Positions 12,864 through 23,575 of a stretch of DNA of 64,000 nucleotides are shown here, piece after piece (within the stretch, counting starts at the first letter, position 1; every line of letters begins with the position of its first letter). A program made the translations under genes and the position numbers. The notes beneath the pieces were generated by a model. It did not search any database and was not told the DNA's origin. It worked only from the letters and a program-made list of their open reading frames with translations. This DNA comes from Felis catus (Eukaryota): the NCBI RefSeq assembly GCF_018350175.1, contig NC_058371.1, positions 204,910,001-204,974,000 of the forward strand, read 5' to 3'.

Positions 12864-13079
12864 GGGGTGCCTGGGTGGCTCAGTTAGCTAAGCGTGCGAC
12901 TTCGGCTTGGGTCATGATCTTGCGGTTCGTGGGTTTGGGCCCCGCATCGGGCTCTGTGCTGACAGCTCAGAGCCTGGAGCCTGCTTTGGATTCTGTGTCT
13001 CCCTCTCTCTGCCCCTTCGCCGCTCATGCTCTGTCTCTGTCTTTCTCTCAAAAATAAATAAACATTAAAAAATTTTTTT
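12864..13079 (+). mobile_element. Felid CanSINE
   Basis: ggggtgcctgggtggctcagttag...; TSD aagcaacaaaggag at 12851-12864 and 13080-13093. Confidence 0.92.
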
Positions 13080-13107
13080 AAGCAACAAAGGAGACAGATT
13101 GAACGAG

Positions 13108-13210
13108 GGTTTTATTGTTTGTTTGTTTGTTTGTTTGTTTACTTTTGAGAGAGAGATTGTGACCTGAGCTGAAGTCAGACACTTAACCGACTGAGCTCCC
13201 CAGGCTCCCC
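13108..13210 (-). mobile_element. Internally deleted CanSINE with (GTTT)n tail
   Basis: gacctgagctgaagtcagacacttaaccgactgagc is the SINE head in reverse orientation. Confidence 0.7.
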
Positions 13211-14003
13211 AGAATGAGTTTTTTTTTTTTAAGACAGAAAGTAGGAAAAGTGGGGAAAACAATAGACAAGACAAATAAAAGATAAATAGCATGATGATAG
13301 ATTAAACCCAACCACATCAATAATCACACTAAATGTAAATGGCCTAAACATCCCAATTAAAAAGCAGAGGTTGCCAGATTGGGTAAAATAGCAAGACTCA
13401 ACTCGGTGCTACCTATGTAAACACACTTCACAGACACAAATCGGGGAAAGTAAAAGGATGGGGAAAGTTATCCTATGCTGACGCTCATCAAAAGAAAGAA
13501 AACCCACAGTGAGAGTATCACCAGGGATAAATAGGTTCATTTTGCGATAACAAACTGATAACATCATCAAAAGGACATAACAACCCTAAATGTGCATGAA
13601 CCTAATGACAGATGATAAAAGTCCATGAAGCAAAAACTGATGGGGGAAATGGGCAAATCCACAATTATACACAGAGTTCCACTCTCTTCTCCCAATATTA
13701 GATTCCACAAGTGGGCACAAAATAATTAGGGACATAGAAGACTTGAAAAACACTGCCACCTAACTTGGCCTAATTAATATTTATAGGAGAGTCTTTCATT
13801 TTCTGGGCCCAGGTCTCAACATATATAAAATAACTCAAGTCATTAAAAGAATGCTCTCTGACCACACTACAATTATATTAGAAATCACTAACAGAAAGCT
13901 ATCTGGAAAATTCTCAAATATTTGCAAACCAAATAATCTGCTTCTTAATTTCCCATGTATTGAAGAAAAAACAAAATGAAAATTAAAAATTATTTTACAC
14001 TAT

Positions 14004-14192
14004 GGGGCACCTGGGTGGCTCAGTCAGTTGGTCAACCGACTCTTGATTTTGGCTCAGGTCATGATCCCAGGGTCATGGGATCAAGCCCCACATTGGGCTC
14101 CATGCTCCTGCATGGAATTCTCTTTTCCTCTGACCCTTCACCCAGCTTGTGCTCGCTCTCTTTCTCTCAAAATAAGTAAATAAACTTAAAAA
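14004..14192 (+). mobile_element. CanSINE (older subfamily)
   Basis: ggggcacctgggtggctcagtcagttg...ggctcaggtcatgatcccagggtcatgggatc. Confidence 0.85.
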
Positions 14193-14454
14193 GTTATTTT
14201 TCCACAAAAGAGAACATGAAAATGCAACTTAAAAAGTTATTTTGAACAAAATGGAAATGAAAAGACAATATGTAAAAAAAAAAAAAACCTGTGGAATGCA
14301 GTTAAAGCAGTACTTAGGGAAACGTATACCACTACACATGTATTTTAGAGAAGACATGATTCATTGACCTTAGCGTCCATCATGAGAACAGATGAAACCC
14401 AAAGTAGACAGAAAAAGAAATAAAAAAGGTCACATTAGAAATCAGTGAAATAGA

Positions 14455-14684
14455 GGGGCGCCTGGGTGGCGCAGTCGGTTAAGCGTCCGACTTCAGCCAG
14501 GTCACGATCTCGCGGTCCGTGAGTTCGAGCCCCGCGTCAGGCTCTGGGCTGATGGCTCAGAGCCTGGAGCCTGTTTCCGATTCTGTGTCTCCCTCTCTGT
14601 CTGACCCTCCACCGTTCATGCTCTGTCTCTCTCTGTCCCAAAAATAAACAAACATTGAAAAAAAAATTAAAAAAAAAAAAAAAA
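14455..14684 (+). mobile_element. Young felid SINE, first copy of a tandem pair
   Basis: Canonical SINEC_Fc head; flanked by 18-nt TSD agaaatca(g/a)tgaaataga. Confidence 0.95.
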
Positions 14685-14702
14685 AGAAATCAATGAAATA
14701 GA

Positions 14703-14916
14703 GGGGCGCCTGGGTGGCGCAGTCGGTTGAGCGTCCGACTTCGGCCAGGTCACGATCTCGCGGTCCGTGAGTTCGAGCCCCGCGTCAGGCTCTGGGCTGA
14801 TGGCTCGGAGCCTGGAGCCTATTTCCGATTCTGTGTCTCCCTCTCTCTCTGCCCCTCCCCCGTTCATGCTCTGTCTCTCTCTGTCCCAAAAATAAATAAA
14901 AAAAGTTGAAAAAAAA
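14703..14916 (+). mobile_element. Young felid SINE, second copy of the tandem pair
   Basis: Canonical head; identical 18-nt TSD agaaatcaatgaaataga on both sides. Confidence 0.95.
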
Positions 14917-15322
14917 AGAAATCAATGAAATAGAAAAATAGAGAAAAATAATGAAACCAAAAGCTGTTTCTTTAAGAAAATCAGTAAAATCAATAACTCT
15001 CTTACAGATGGATCTGGAGTTAAAGAGAAATGAAACAGGAATTGATATCAGAAATGAGAGTGGCTACACCACTATGGGTCTAACACATGTTAATATAAAA
15101 ACAGGAAATATTATTAATAACTTCACACCAACAAATTCGACACATTAGGTGAAATGGAAAAATTCACTGAATATTAAAAACTGCCAGAGCTCATTCTACA
15201 AGAGATAGGGAGCCTGAATATATCTATTAAATAATTTGAACTTATAGTTAAAAACCTTCCCACAAAGAAAACATCACACCCAGAGGACTTCACTGACAAA
15301 TTCTACAAAACATTTAGGGAAG

Positions 15323-15457
15323 GGGGAGCCTTGCTGCCTCAGTCAGTGGAGCGTGTGACTCCTGATCTCAGGGTGGTGAGTTCGAGCCCCACATTGGGTG
15401 TAGAGATTCCTAAAAACAAACAAACAAACAAACAAACAAACAAAAAGAAAAACAAAC
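15323..15457 (+). mobile_element. Short old CanSINE with (AAAC)n tail
   Basis: ctcagtcagtggagcgtgtgactcctgatctcagggtggtgagttcgagcccc; TSD-like aaacattt(a/g)ggga. Confidence 0.75.
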
Positions 15458-18400
15458 AAACATTTGGGGAGGAAACAAAACCCATTTTACAAAAATGCTA
15501 CCAGAAAAGGGAAGAGAAGGAAACACCTCCCAACTCATTCCGTGAAACCAGCAAGTATGAAAAGGGATAACATATGGTGATCAGGTGGGATTGAGCCCAG
15601 AGATGCAAATTAACATTTGAAAATCCGTTAGTGTAATTTACCATATTAACTGAAAGAAAAGCCGTAAGATTATCCCGATAGATATCGAAAAAGCAATGGA
15701 CAGAATCTAATACCTGTTCCCGATGGAAAAAAACTCTCAGCAAACTAACCCTGGAAAAGGCTTCTCCGGTCTGAAGAAACATTACTGTTGACATCACACT
15801 TAATTATTAAAGACTAACGCTAAAGCTCGCTCTAAAATCGGAACAAGGCGGTGGGTTTGCTCTTTCCATTCTGCTATTCTACGTTGTACCTGGAGGTTCG
15901 AGCCAGACGGATTGGAAAGAAGTAAGTAAAATGGCCTTGATTTGTAAATGACATGATCATCTATGTAGAAAATTCTATGTAACCTGCAAGAAAAAAGCCA
16001 CTAGAACTAATACTAGCGCACTTTCCGAGACGCAAGATCAACGTAGGCGTGTGCTGAACAGAGCTCCCCACACGGGTGACACGACCACTTTGGAAAACGG
16101 TTTAGCAAGCGTTTTCAGAGGTAAGCACACATCACGTCTAGTCTTGTGATCTGGTCATTCTACTCCCAGGTGTTTACCCGACAGAGAAGAAGGCGCGTGT
16201 CCGTACAAAGACTGGCGCACGGATGTGATAGCCCCAAACTGGAAACCACACAGATGTCCCACAAGTGAGTGGGCACCCGGACTGCCCCACACCCATAGGA
16301 CGGGACCTAGTCAACAGTAGAATGAAACAGGTGTCTCAAGGGAAAGAAACGTTAGAAGTAAAGAGTGCACGTTGCATGATGGCATCTGTGTAACATTCTA
16401 GAACAGCCAGTGGCTCTGCAGGGACAGGGCAGGATCCGGGGACGGGGGAGGCGTGGGGACGTCTGGGGGTGATTGATGATGCTGTCTGGACTGTGGTCTT
16501 GGATGTAAATGTGCCAAAACGTATCCAATTGTACACTTTCGATAGTGCACATTATTGGTTCCGTTATGCTTCAGCAAAGGCGTTGTTTTAAAAGACAACC
16601 CAGGTTGACGTGCTGGAAGGACAGAGGAGAGCCCTCCACAGAGCGGTCGGGTCAGGACACGGCTGAGGGGACAGGCCTGCAGCACACAGACGCCGCATCA
16701 GTGTTTGTTGAGTGAGTACATGAATGCCCGACTCGGGGACGTAAATCGTTTTAGACGTCTTAACACGCGCACAACCTCTTTGGTTACGCCTTCCCTCCTG
16801 TCACTGCTCTCTCAACTTGAGAGCCTCACTGGAGCTTTCCCTCAGCAGAGCACAGGGCTGGCCTCCTTCCTGCATCTGTTCTGGAACCACTGTTTGGCCA
16901 GACCGGGACCCACTTACTCCTTCCTCTTCGAGGGACACTGGGAGTGCTACCTGTGACTCTCAGCCACAGACGGCGTACGGGGGCGGCCCCACGCACATCC
17001 TTCTGGGAGGTGAGCTCGGAGGAGCAGCCCCTGGTCTAAGCCTTGACCTGGGAGCCCCTTCCCGGGGTTGGCTGTCCCCACAGAAGAGTCACCGGGTGTG
17101 GGTGTGTGACACCAGTCCTGCTTCACGGCGGGCTCTCCCAGGACGGGGCGAGAACTCCTGGGGCTGACCAACACTCCTGCCGACAACCAGCCTCAGGCCC
17201 CTGCGTATGTGCACCCCTGGTCCCTGAGGGGATCCCCCGCCCCTGCCCCCGGCCTGGGCAGGCCAGGCCATCCTGAGCAGGGCCGACCGGTGGACAAGCC
17301 TCCCTGATGGCGAAGCCCAGCTCACACTGTCATTGGCCCCGGGGTGTTCCTTCTCAGGCTTCTCTGTAGCTCTCCCCAAGGGTCGTGGTCTGGAGCGGGA
17401 GGCAGGAGCTGGGGACGGTGCTGGCATTCACGGCCCCCTCCTGCCTACCACACACGACGTCCCCTGGAGGGACGGCCATCGCGCCAGCCCGCCCAGGGCC
17501 CCTGTGTGGCCGGTGGGCGACGGGGCTCTGGCCCTCTGGCTGCTGAGTTGGGCACCCACAGCCCAACTTGGCTCGGGCGGGGAGGGGCCGCTTGCAGAGG
17601 CCTTCTCCTCTGCCAACCCAGGTGGAGACCCTCGAGCAGAAGGGTGTCGGGGAGACTTCTGGCCTGGTGTCAGGGTGCCTGGGCCGCGCCCCAGTGGGCA
17701 TGGCAGATGGTAACGTCTCGGTGCTGGGCCGGACAGTGGCATGCATGAACCCCGGCAGCCACACCCCGCACTCACCCAGCCTGGGAGGGGTGTGCATCCG
17801 TGCCGTCCCATCACGCCAGGGGCCAGGTTCCATCCACACCCTCCCACTGCCCAAGCTGCCCCAGCGCCCTCTTTGGGCTGTGGGCGAGGGCACCAGGCTC
17901 AGGGTGGCCCTCCTCTGCAGCCGCGCCACCCCTCCTGCGGCCCTCAACGGGGCCCCCCCTCCCCTCCCCTCCCCCAGCAGGCCCACTGCCGGCCCCTCCC
18001 TGTGCTGGACTCCAAGTCATGCCTGGTTTGGTCTATGCACAAGCTGGGAGGAGTCCAAGGGCAAGGTTAGAAGCCTCGGGCCTGCGGGGCACCCCTCTCT
18101 TCCTCCCTCGCACCTGGAAGGGTAACACCCCTGCCTGGGGCTCCCTTGGGCTTTCTGCTTCCCGACCCGCCTCTGCAGCCGGTCCCTGCGTCGAAGCCAG
18201 AGTGCGCACGTCCTCCCTGCCGGGGCCCTGACCCACGGGGCCATCAGCACTGGCAGTGGCCCCAGGACACGGACCTTCCACACGGGCTCCTGGCACGAGG
18301 CGGCTCAGCTCTGAGGAGTTGGGGGTTGACCTTGTGGCTGGGAAGTGGCGTCACGGGCACTCAGGCTCCCCGGGCACAGCGCAGGTGGAAGCAGAAAGGG

Positions 18401-20340
18401 AAGAAGGGAAATTGAGCGGGGCCACGTGGGGCCGGGTCTCTGTGGCCACTGGGTGGCGCAAGGCTGGACTCGTGGAGGTCCCCGTTTGCTGAGGAGTAGC
18501 GTTTACGACCTGTAAACTGCTTGCAAACCGTCCCTCAGGAGGGACACCCGAGACTTGAGAAGGACACGGGGCCAAGGCCGCTCGGTCCTCTAGCCCAGGG
18601 CCATCAAGCCCTCGCCCGTCACATCCGTGCCCGGTCATCCCTCGGCCTCCAGAACCACGAGGAGGTGCGACCCTAACACGGCTCCCCCCCCCCCCCCCGG
18701 GGCGAGGAAGCCCGGGTCTCCGCGGCTGCCCTGACAGGAGCCCGAGAAGCCTCATGGCAGCGTATCTCCATCGGCACACAGGTGCATGACGGTGCGGCCA
18801 CGGGGACCGGGTGTGCGGAGCCGGCCCGAGCGCCTGGAGTGGAGGAGGCTGGCTGCCCACCGGCAGCTACAGCGCCACCCGCCTCGGGACCCGCCGCTCG
18901 GGACCTGGGGTCCTGGCCGTGCCCGAGACAGGCCAGTGAGTCGGATCAAGTCCTGAGGGGCCCCGGGCGGCCCACACGTGGGTGTCTCTGAAGTGGCGGA
19001 CCGCAGGCGTCTTCTGCAAACAAGAAGCGACCGGTTACGTGCAGGGCGCCAAGAGACGAAGCAGACGGGCAGCTTCCAAAGCACCTGATCGGGGCATCTG
19101 CAGGCAGATGGTGTCTGGTGGGCCGTTCTCAGACACGACCGGTCACAGTGACGCTCCAGAGCCCTTGATGGAGGGGCAGGTCGGGTCCCCTAAAGGAAGA
19201 GCTCGTAACGCAGTTGCTGGCACGTGTCCCCAAGTGCATACGGGGCACCGTGACTGCTCTCAGACCTCTGGGGGTTACTGGATAATGGCCCTGGGATGAT
19301 GCCAATACCATCACCTGAAAGCCATTACAGTGGTGGCGGGGGGGGGGGGGGGGGGCAGTAGAGGTGGCACTGGCCGAGTCCGTGAGCCCGAGGGCTCTGC
19401 AGACTCTGCCTTCAGGGCCTTCTGTAGTCCCTGGAACATAGGGAGGGGGCGTTTCTATGTAACCAATGGCCCGGCCATTGCGGAAGCCCCCAGGCCGGCC
19501 CCTCCCCGCCCAGCCCAGCCCAGCACAGTTGTGCGACACCTGCAGAGATCGGTTCCGGCGTCAGACCCTTGGGAGCTGCCAGGGGGTGGATCCCTTCTGT
19601 GTTCACACAGCTTGCCGATGCTGCCAGGACAGGTGACCACCACGTATCCTGTGCCGAGGCCGATCGTAGCTGAGAGTACGGAGAAAACCACATGCGGTTC
19701 CATCACCTGATCCACGGCTAACCTGCGTGTGCTTTTTCTATCCTCAGCGAAGAAGAAAATCGTAACAGCCAGTTTTCGCACAACGCAGAGGCCAGCACGC
19801 TCCCACGGTGCACCTTGATGGCACCACCCCCGTCTTAGTCTGGCCCTTCAGGGATCTTGGTTTTCTCGAGGACACTGCCCGGCCGGCCGGCCGGCCGAAC
19901 TTGGGCAAGTACCCTGCATGCCCCGGTAAGACCCGTGGTGACCACAGGGTGGGAAAGGCCAGGAGCTTCCAGGAAAACCTTTGGGATCCGATGGTCTAGG
20001 AGATGCCGGCACGTCCTGTCTGATGTAAGGTAATTCGCCGCGCCCGACAGCACCTGCTTCTGCGAGGCCCAGTGCTCGGTGACACTCTAGACTTGGGGTG
20101 TGGCACGCACCAGCACACGCACTCTTCTCTGGCCGCTTTCCTGGGCGTCGGGCAGTGTCGGCAAGAGAAGTCCCTGCAGCTCATCCAGGCAGGACACAGG
20201 CCACTCGCCACTTGGGTGGACGGCCCGTCGGGCCCACATTGCCGGTGGCAGGTGCCCACAGGAGAAAGCCCTCCAGCCCAGACTCCTAGCGCCCTAGGGC
20301 AAGGCCACTTCCTCCTGATCAAAATCAGTTATGCACTCGA

Positions 20341-20538
20341 GGGGGCGCCTGGGGGGCTCAGCCGGTGGAGCCTCCGCCTTCGGCTCAGGTCATGATCTCG
20401 CGGTTTGTGAGTTCCAGCCCCGCGTCGGGCTCTGTGCTGACAGCTCGGGGCCTGGAGCCTGCCTCGGAGTCTGTGTCTCCCTCTCTCTCGGCCCCTCCCC
20501 AACTCACTCTGTCTCTCAAAAATAAACATTGAAAAAAA
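20341..20538 (+). mobile_element. Felid CanSINE inserted in the ERVL remnant
   Basis: gggggcgcctggggggctcagccgg...ggctcaggtcatgatctcgcgg; degenerate TSD aaaatcagttatgcactcga / aaaattaattatccacttga. Confidence 0.9.
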
Positions 20539-21654
20539 TTAATTATCCACTTGAAAAGCGGCCCTGAGCTGGGGCCAAAGTCTGACCCCATCTCCCCAGT
20601 GGCCGTGTGACCCAAGTGCCCCCTGAGGACCAAGTGCATGCAGTGTTCCGTCCCGAAGGGAAACTAGTAGGGACTGGCCCAGGAACAGCTGGAAGTCAGC
20701 GGTACAGACAGGAAGTGCCGGCCCCCCTTGCTCTCAGCCCACCCGGGGCTTTACCGGGGAGGGGGCGGGGGGGGGGAGGTTCCTGCTGGCTGTTGGGATA
20801 CGAGAACGTGCAGACACGGTTGTGGGCAAAGGCGCACACGTACGGTGCCTCAGCGGGCCGAACCCAGCCCACGCACCGGGCCCGGCCCGGCTTCGCACAA
20901 GGTATCGTCCAGGGGGGCGGGTGGCTGGCCAGACTCCTGAAGCCCAAGACGGGAAACTTGAGGACGAGGTCCGGGGAGAAGCACGGAGGGAGGGTGTTGT
21001 GTCCCACGGACACACCTGCCTGGATCTGGAGGTGTCCCCGCACCTGGGACTCAGGCCTCCCTGCCACCCCAGTGCTATCCCCCCGAGCCCAGGCAGAGAG
21101 ACTACGTGTGGGCCAGTCACGAGGACTCCCCAGCTCTCGGGAAGCCCAACCACAAATCCGCAAGGACCAAAGCTACCCGTCAGCGCGTCGGAGAACGGGG
21201 ATGCGTGGGCAACCTGGTGGCAGCCTGACAACACGGAAGCTGGTCACGGTGGGGACACCACGACCGGCAGAGGGTACGGCGGTGTCGTCCTGACTGCCCC
21301 GGAGCCACAGCCACCTCCAAAGGAGGGACTCCTCCGACCTCCGGCTTGAGCTAGGAGCTCAGGGCTGAGGTGCAAACTCTGTCCGTGTGCTGCCGTTCCA
21401 CCAAAAGCCAGAACCCAGGGCTTGGGGGGGGGCGGGGGCAGCCTCACTGCCCAGGGAATCTCAGCTCTTCCAGCTTGAAGGTCCTGGCATCCAAGGAAGG
21501 GCCTGGCCCACCGGGCGACTCAGTCCCCCTCCTGTAGGCCGGGAGCCCAGGGGCTCCATCGGGTCCTCAGACCACTGAACCAGCAGGTAGAGAAGACGCT
21601 GTTTTACTAGTGGGGGATGGGTGCCAACCACGAGGGGAAAATGGGGTAGGTGCT

Positions 21655-22190
21655 CATTGGGAGTTGAACCGTATGCCCCCCCCCAATGGAGAACACGCAC
21701 AAGCACGGGTGGAGGAGGGGCAGAGAGGGAGACACAGCATCCGAAGCAGGCTCCAGGCCCCGAGCTGTCAGCACAGAGCCCGACGTGGGGTTTGAACCCA
21801 CGAACTGCGAGATCATGACCTGAGTCGAAGTCGGACGCTCAACCGACCGAGCCACCCAGGCCCCACTATCCCCCACAAATTCTTATGTTGAAGTTCTAAC
21901 CCCAGGGTCTCAGAACAGAATTCTATCTGCAGGTGGGGCCTTTACAGAGGAGACTGCGATGAGGTCAATCCATGTGACTTATATCCTTCCAGGCAGGGAA
22001 CACAAGGACACAGACACGTGCAGGAAGGAGGCAGCTGTGCACGAGCCCAGGAAAGAGGCCTCAAAGGAAGCAACCCTGCCCACACCTTGATGTCAGACTG
22101 GCCTCTGGGGCTGGGAGAGAACGCGTTTCTGCAGTTGGAGCCATGCGGGACTTTGTCACGCTCTGTCGTGACCACTGAGCTGGCTGAGAC
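21655..22190 (+). mobile_element. MaLR (MLT1-like) solo LTR, interrupted by a SINE
   Basis: aaattcttatgttgaagttctaaccccc...gggcctttacagagg...gaggcctcaaaggaagcaaccctgcccacaccttgat...gagaca. Confidence 0.75.
21688..21864 (-). mobile_element. Felid CanSINE
   Basis: gagatcatgacctgagtcgaagtcggacgctcaaccgaccgagccacccaggcccc. Confidence 0.9.
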
Positions 22191-23468
22191 AGGTTTCATG
22201 AAAGGACGGGAAGACCATGCCTAGAACCCGGGGACTGCGCCTTGGGTGACAATAGCAGTCAGTGGGTAACGGTGCCCCACAGAGACACACGGACCGGGCC
22301 CCCCAGGCACTGAGGCACCCACGTGGGGCAAGAGGAACAGGTAAGGACTTTGGGGTTCGGAGGGATGGACAGTCATGCTGACTTCCCGCGATCGGGCAGT
22401 CGGGGGCACCTGGTGGCTCTTGGGTTTTGCGCGTGGACAGGGGACCGGCAGGTTTTGGAGAGCCAGAGGGGCTGAGTAGCTCTGGTCTTCCTCTGCCCTT
22501 CAGACCTCCCCCCGTCCTGAGCCCAACGTAGCCCCGGAGGGCAGCAGAGGAAGGGAGATCAGAGCCACCACACCCGCGCTCCTGCTCACAGGGCCCCCTC
22601 CCTGGCTGGCTGCGACCCCGGGCTGAAGGTCTCTGCTCCTTGCCAGGTGGCCTCTCCACACCTTTCTGTCTCTGGACCGGTAAGGGTGCCCCCACCCGCT
22701 GCATCTGCCTGAGGCGGGGTATGGGTGTGGAAAGGGGTCCCGGGGTCCTGTACAACCTGTGCAGCTTCCCTGCCCGCGCCACACCCCTGCAAACGGTCCC
22801 GGGTCATCCTGGTCTCAGTGTGATGTTTCCTTCTGGGCTCAGGTATAGAACTGGGATGATCATGCCGGCAGGCGCAGCCTACAGGTGGCGCTGCAGACCC
22901 TTTCGGCCGCTGGCCACGGTTGGGGCCAGATAGCTTGGAAGCCCCACCCGACCTCCCACCTGGGGGTACAGGGGTCAGCCTGTCCGGGCTCAGGAAGGGG
23001 GTCCCCTCCTGGGCTCCAACCTGACCCAGGCAGGACCCCTCCAAGCACAGCCTCAGCCCCTGTTCTGCAGAACGGGCCGGGGACAGCAATGGGGCCCCCA
23101 CACCCAGCAGTGATGCCAGAGACCCCAGGCAGGCAGGGCAGCTGTCCTAATGGCAGCCGGACCTCGGTCCCCCTGTGCTCAGCGTGCTCCCCATCCTGGC
23201 TCCCGCGGTGGGGGAAAGCACTCTGGAAGGCGGGGGAGAGAGGCGGGGAAGGCCTTGCTGGAGCCAGGCCCCGACTTGGCTGCACGCCCATCCACAAAGG
23301 CCAACCCCAAGACTGATGAGCGGAAAGGCACTTTAAGGAGGCGAGCAAGTCACAGGACAAGGTGAACAGAGCCCAGTGATGGCCGGCGGTGGTCCGGCCC
23401 GCCTCAGCTCCTGGCCGCCCAGGGTCACCGGTCAGCTCCAGCTCACAGTCACTGGGCAGCGGCAGCCC

Positions 23469-23575
23469 TCACGGGACAGGGACCTCCACGTACTGCACAG
23501 GGTTCGAGAAGGGGCCTGGTCGGGCCCAGTAGTCCACCGCTCGAACCCGGTAGGAGCCAGATGTGACAGCTGTGT
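23469..23575 (-). CDS. IDUA: IDUA exon 14 (to TGA)
   Basis: [35 protein letters not shown]. Confidence 0.92.

Larger units (their letters stand above)
8785..16590 (+). mobile_element. Ancient, degraded near-full-length L1 (L1M-type) interrupted by a younger L1 and SINEs
   Basis: L1M-like 5' end near 8785; ORF1 C-terminal remnant (GRQWRKIFTILK...EMRTFSD) at 12085-12270; ORF2 endonuclease start (IITLNVNGLNIPIK) at ~13320; 3' end motifs at 16100-16590; A-rich strand bias. Confidence 0.75.
18300..22420 (+). mobile_element. Degenerate ERVL-class endogenous retrovirus internal region (gag-pro-pol-dUTPase remnants)
   Basis: Colinear matches to recalled ERVL consensus: PEPLE..GRVPL-like (19157-19200), LLDTG protease-like ttactggataatggc (~19275), RT QFAFT..GQQ-like (~19770), EKALQQVQA-like gagaagtccctgcagctcatccaggc (~20165), integrase TWWQ (~21212), dUTPase-like 21560-21650. 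Confidence 0.65.

Noticed and set aside
14437-14934. CRISPR-like repeat-spacer pattern
   Set aside because: The repeats are retrotransposon TSDs separated by SINEs in a mammalian genome
18495-18525. Posterior HOX-like (TTTACGAC) and FOX-like motifs
   Set aside because: Fall inside the probable ERVL gag remnant with no other support
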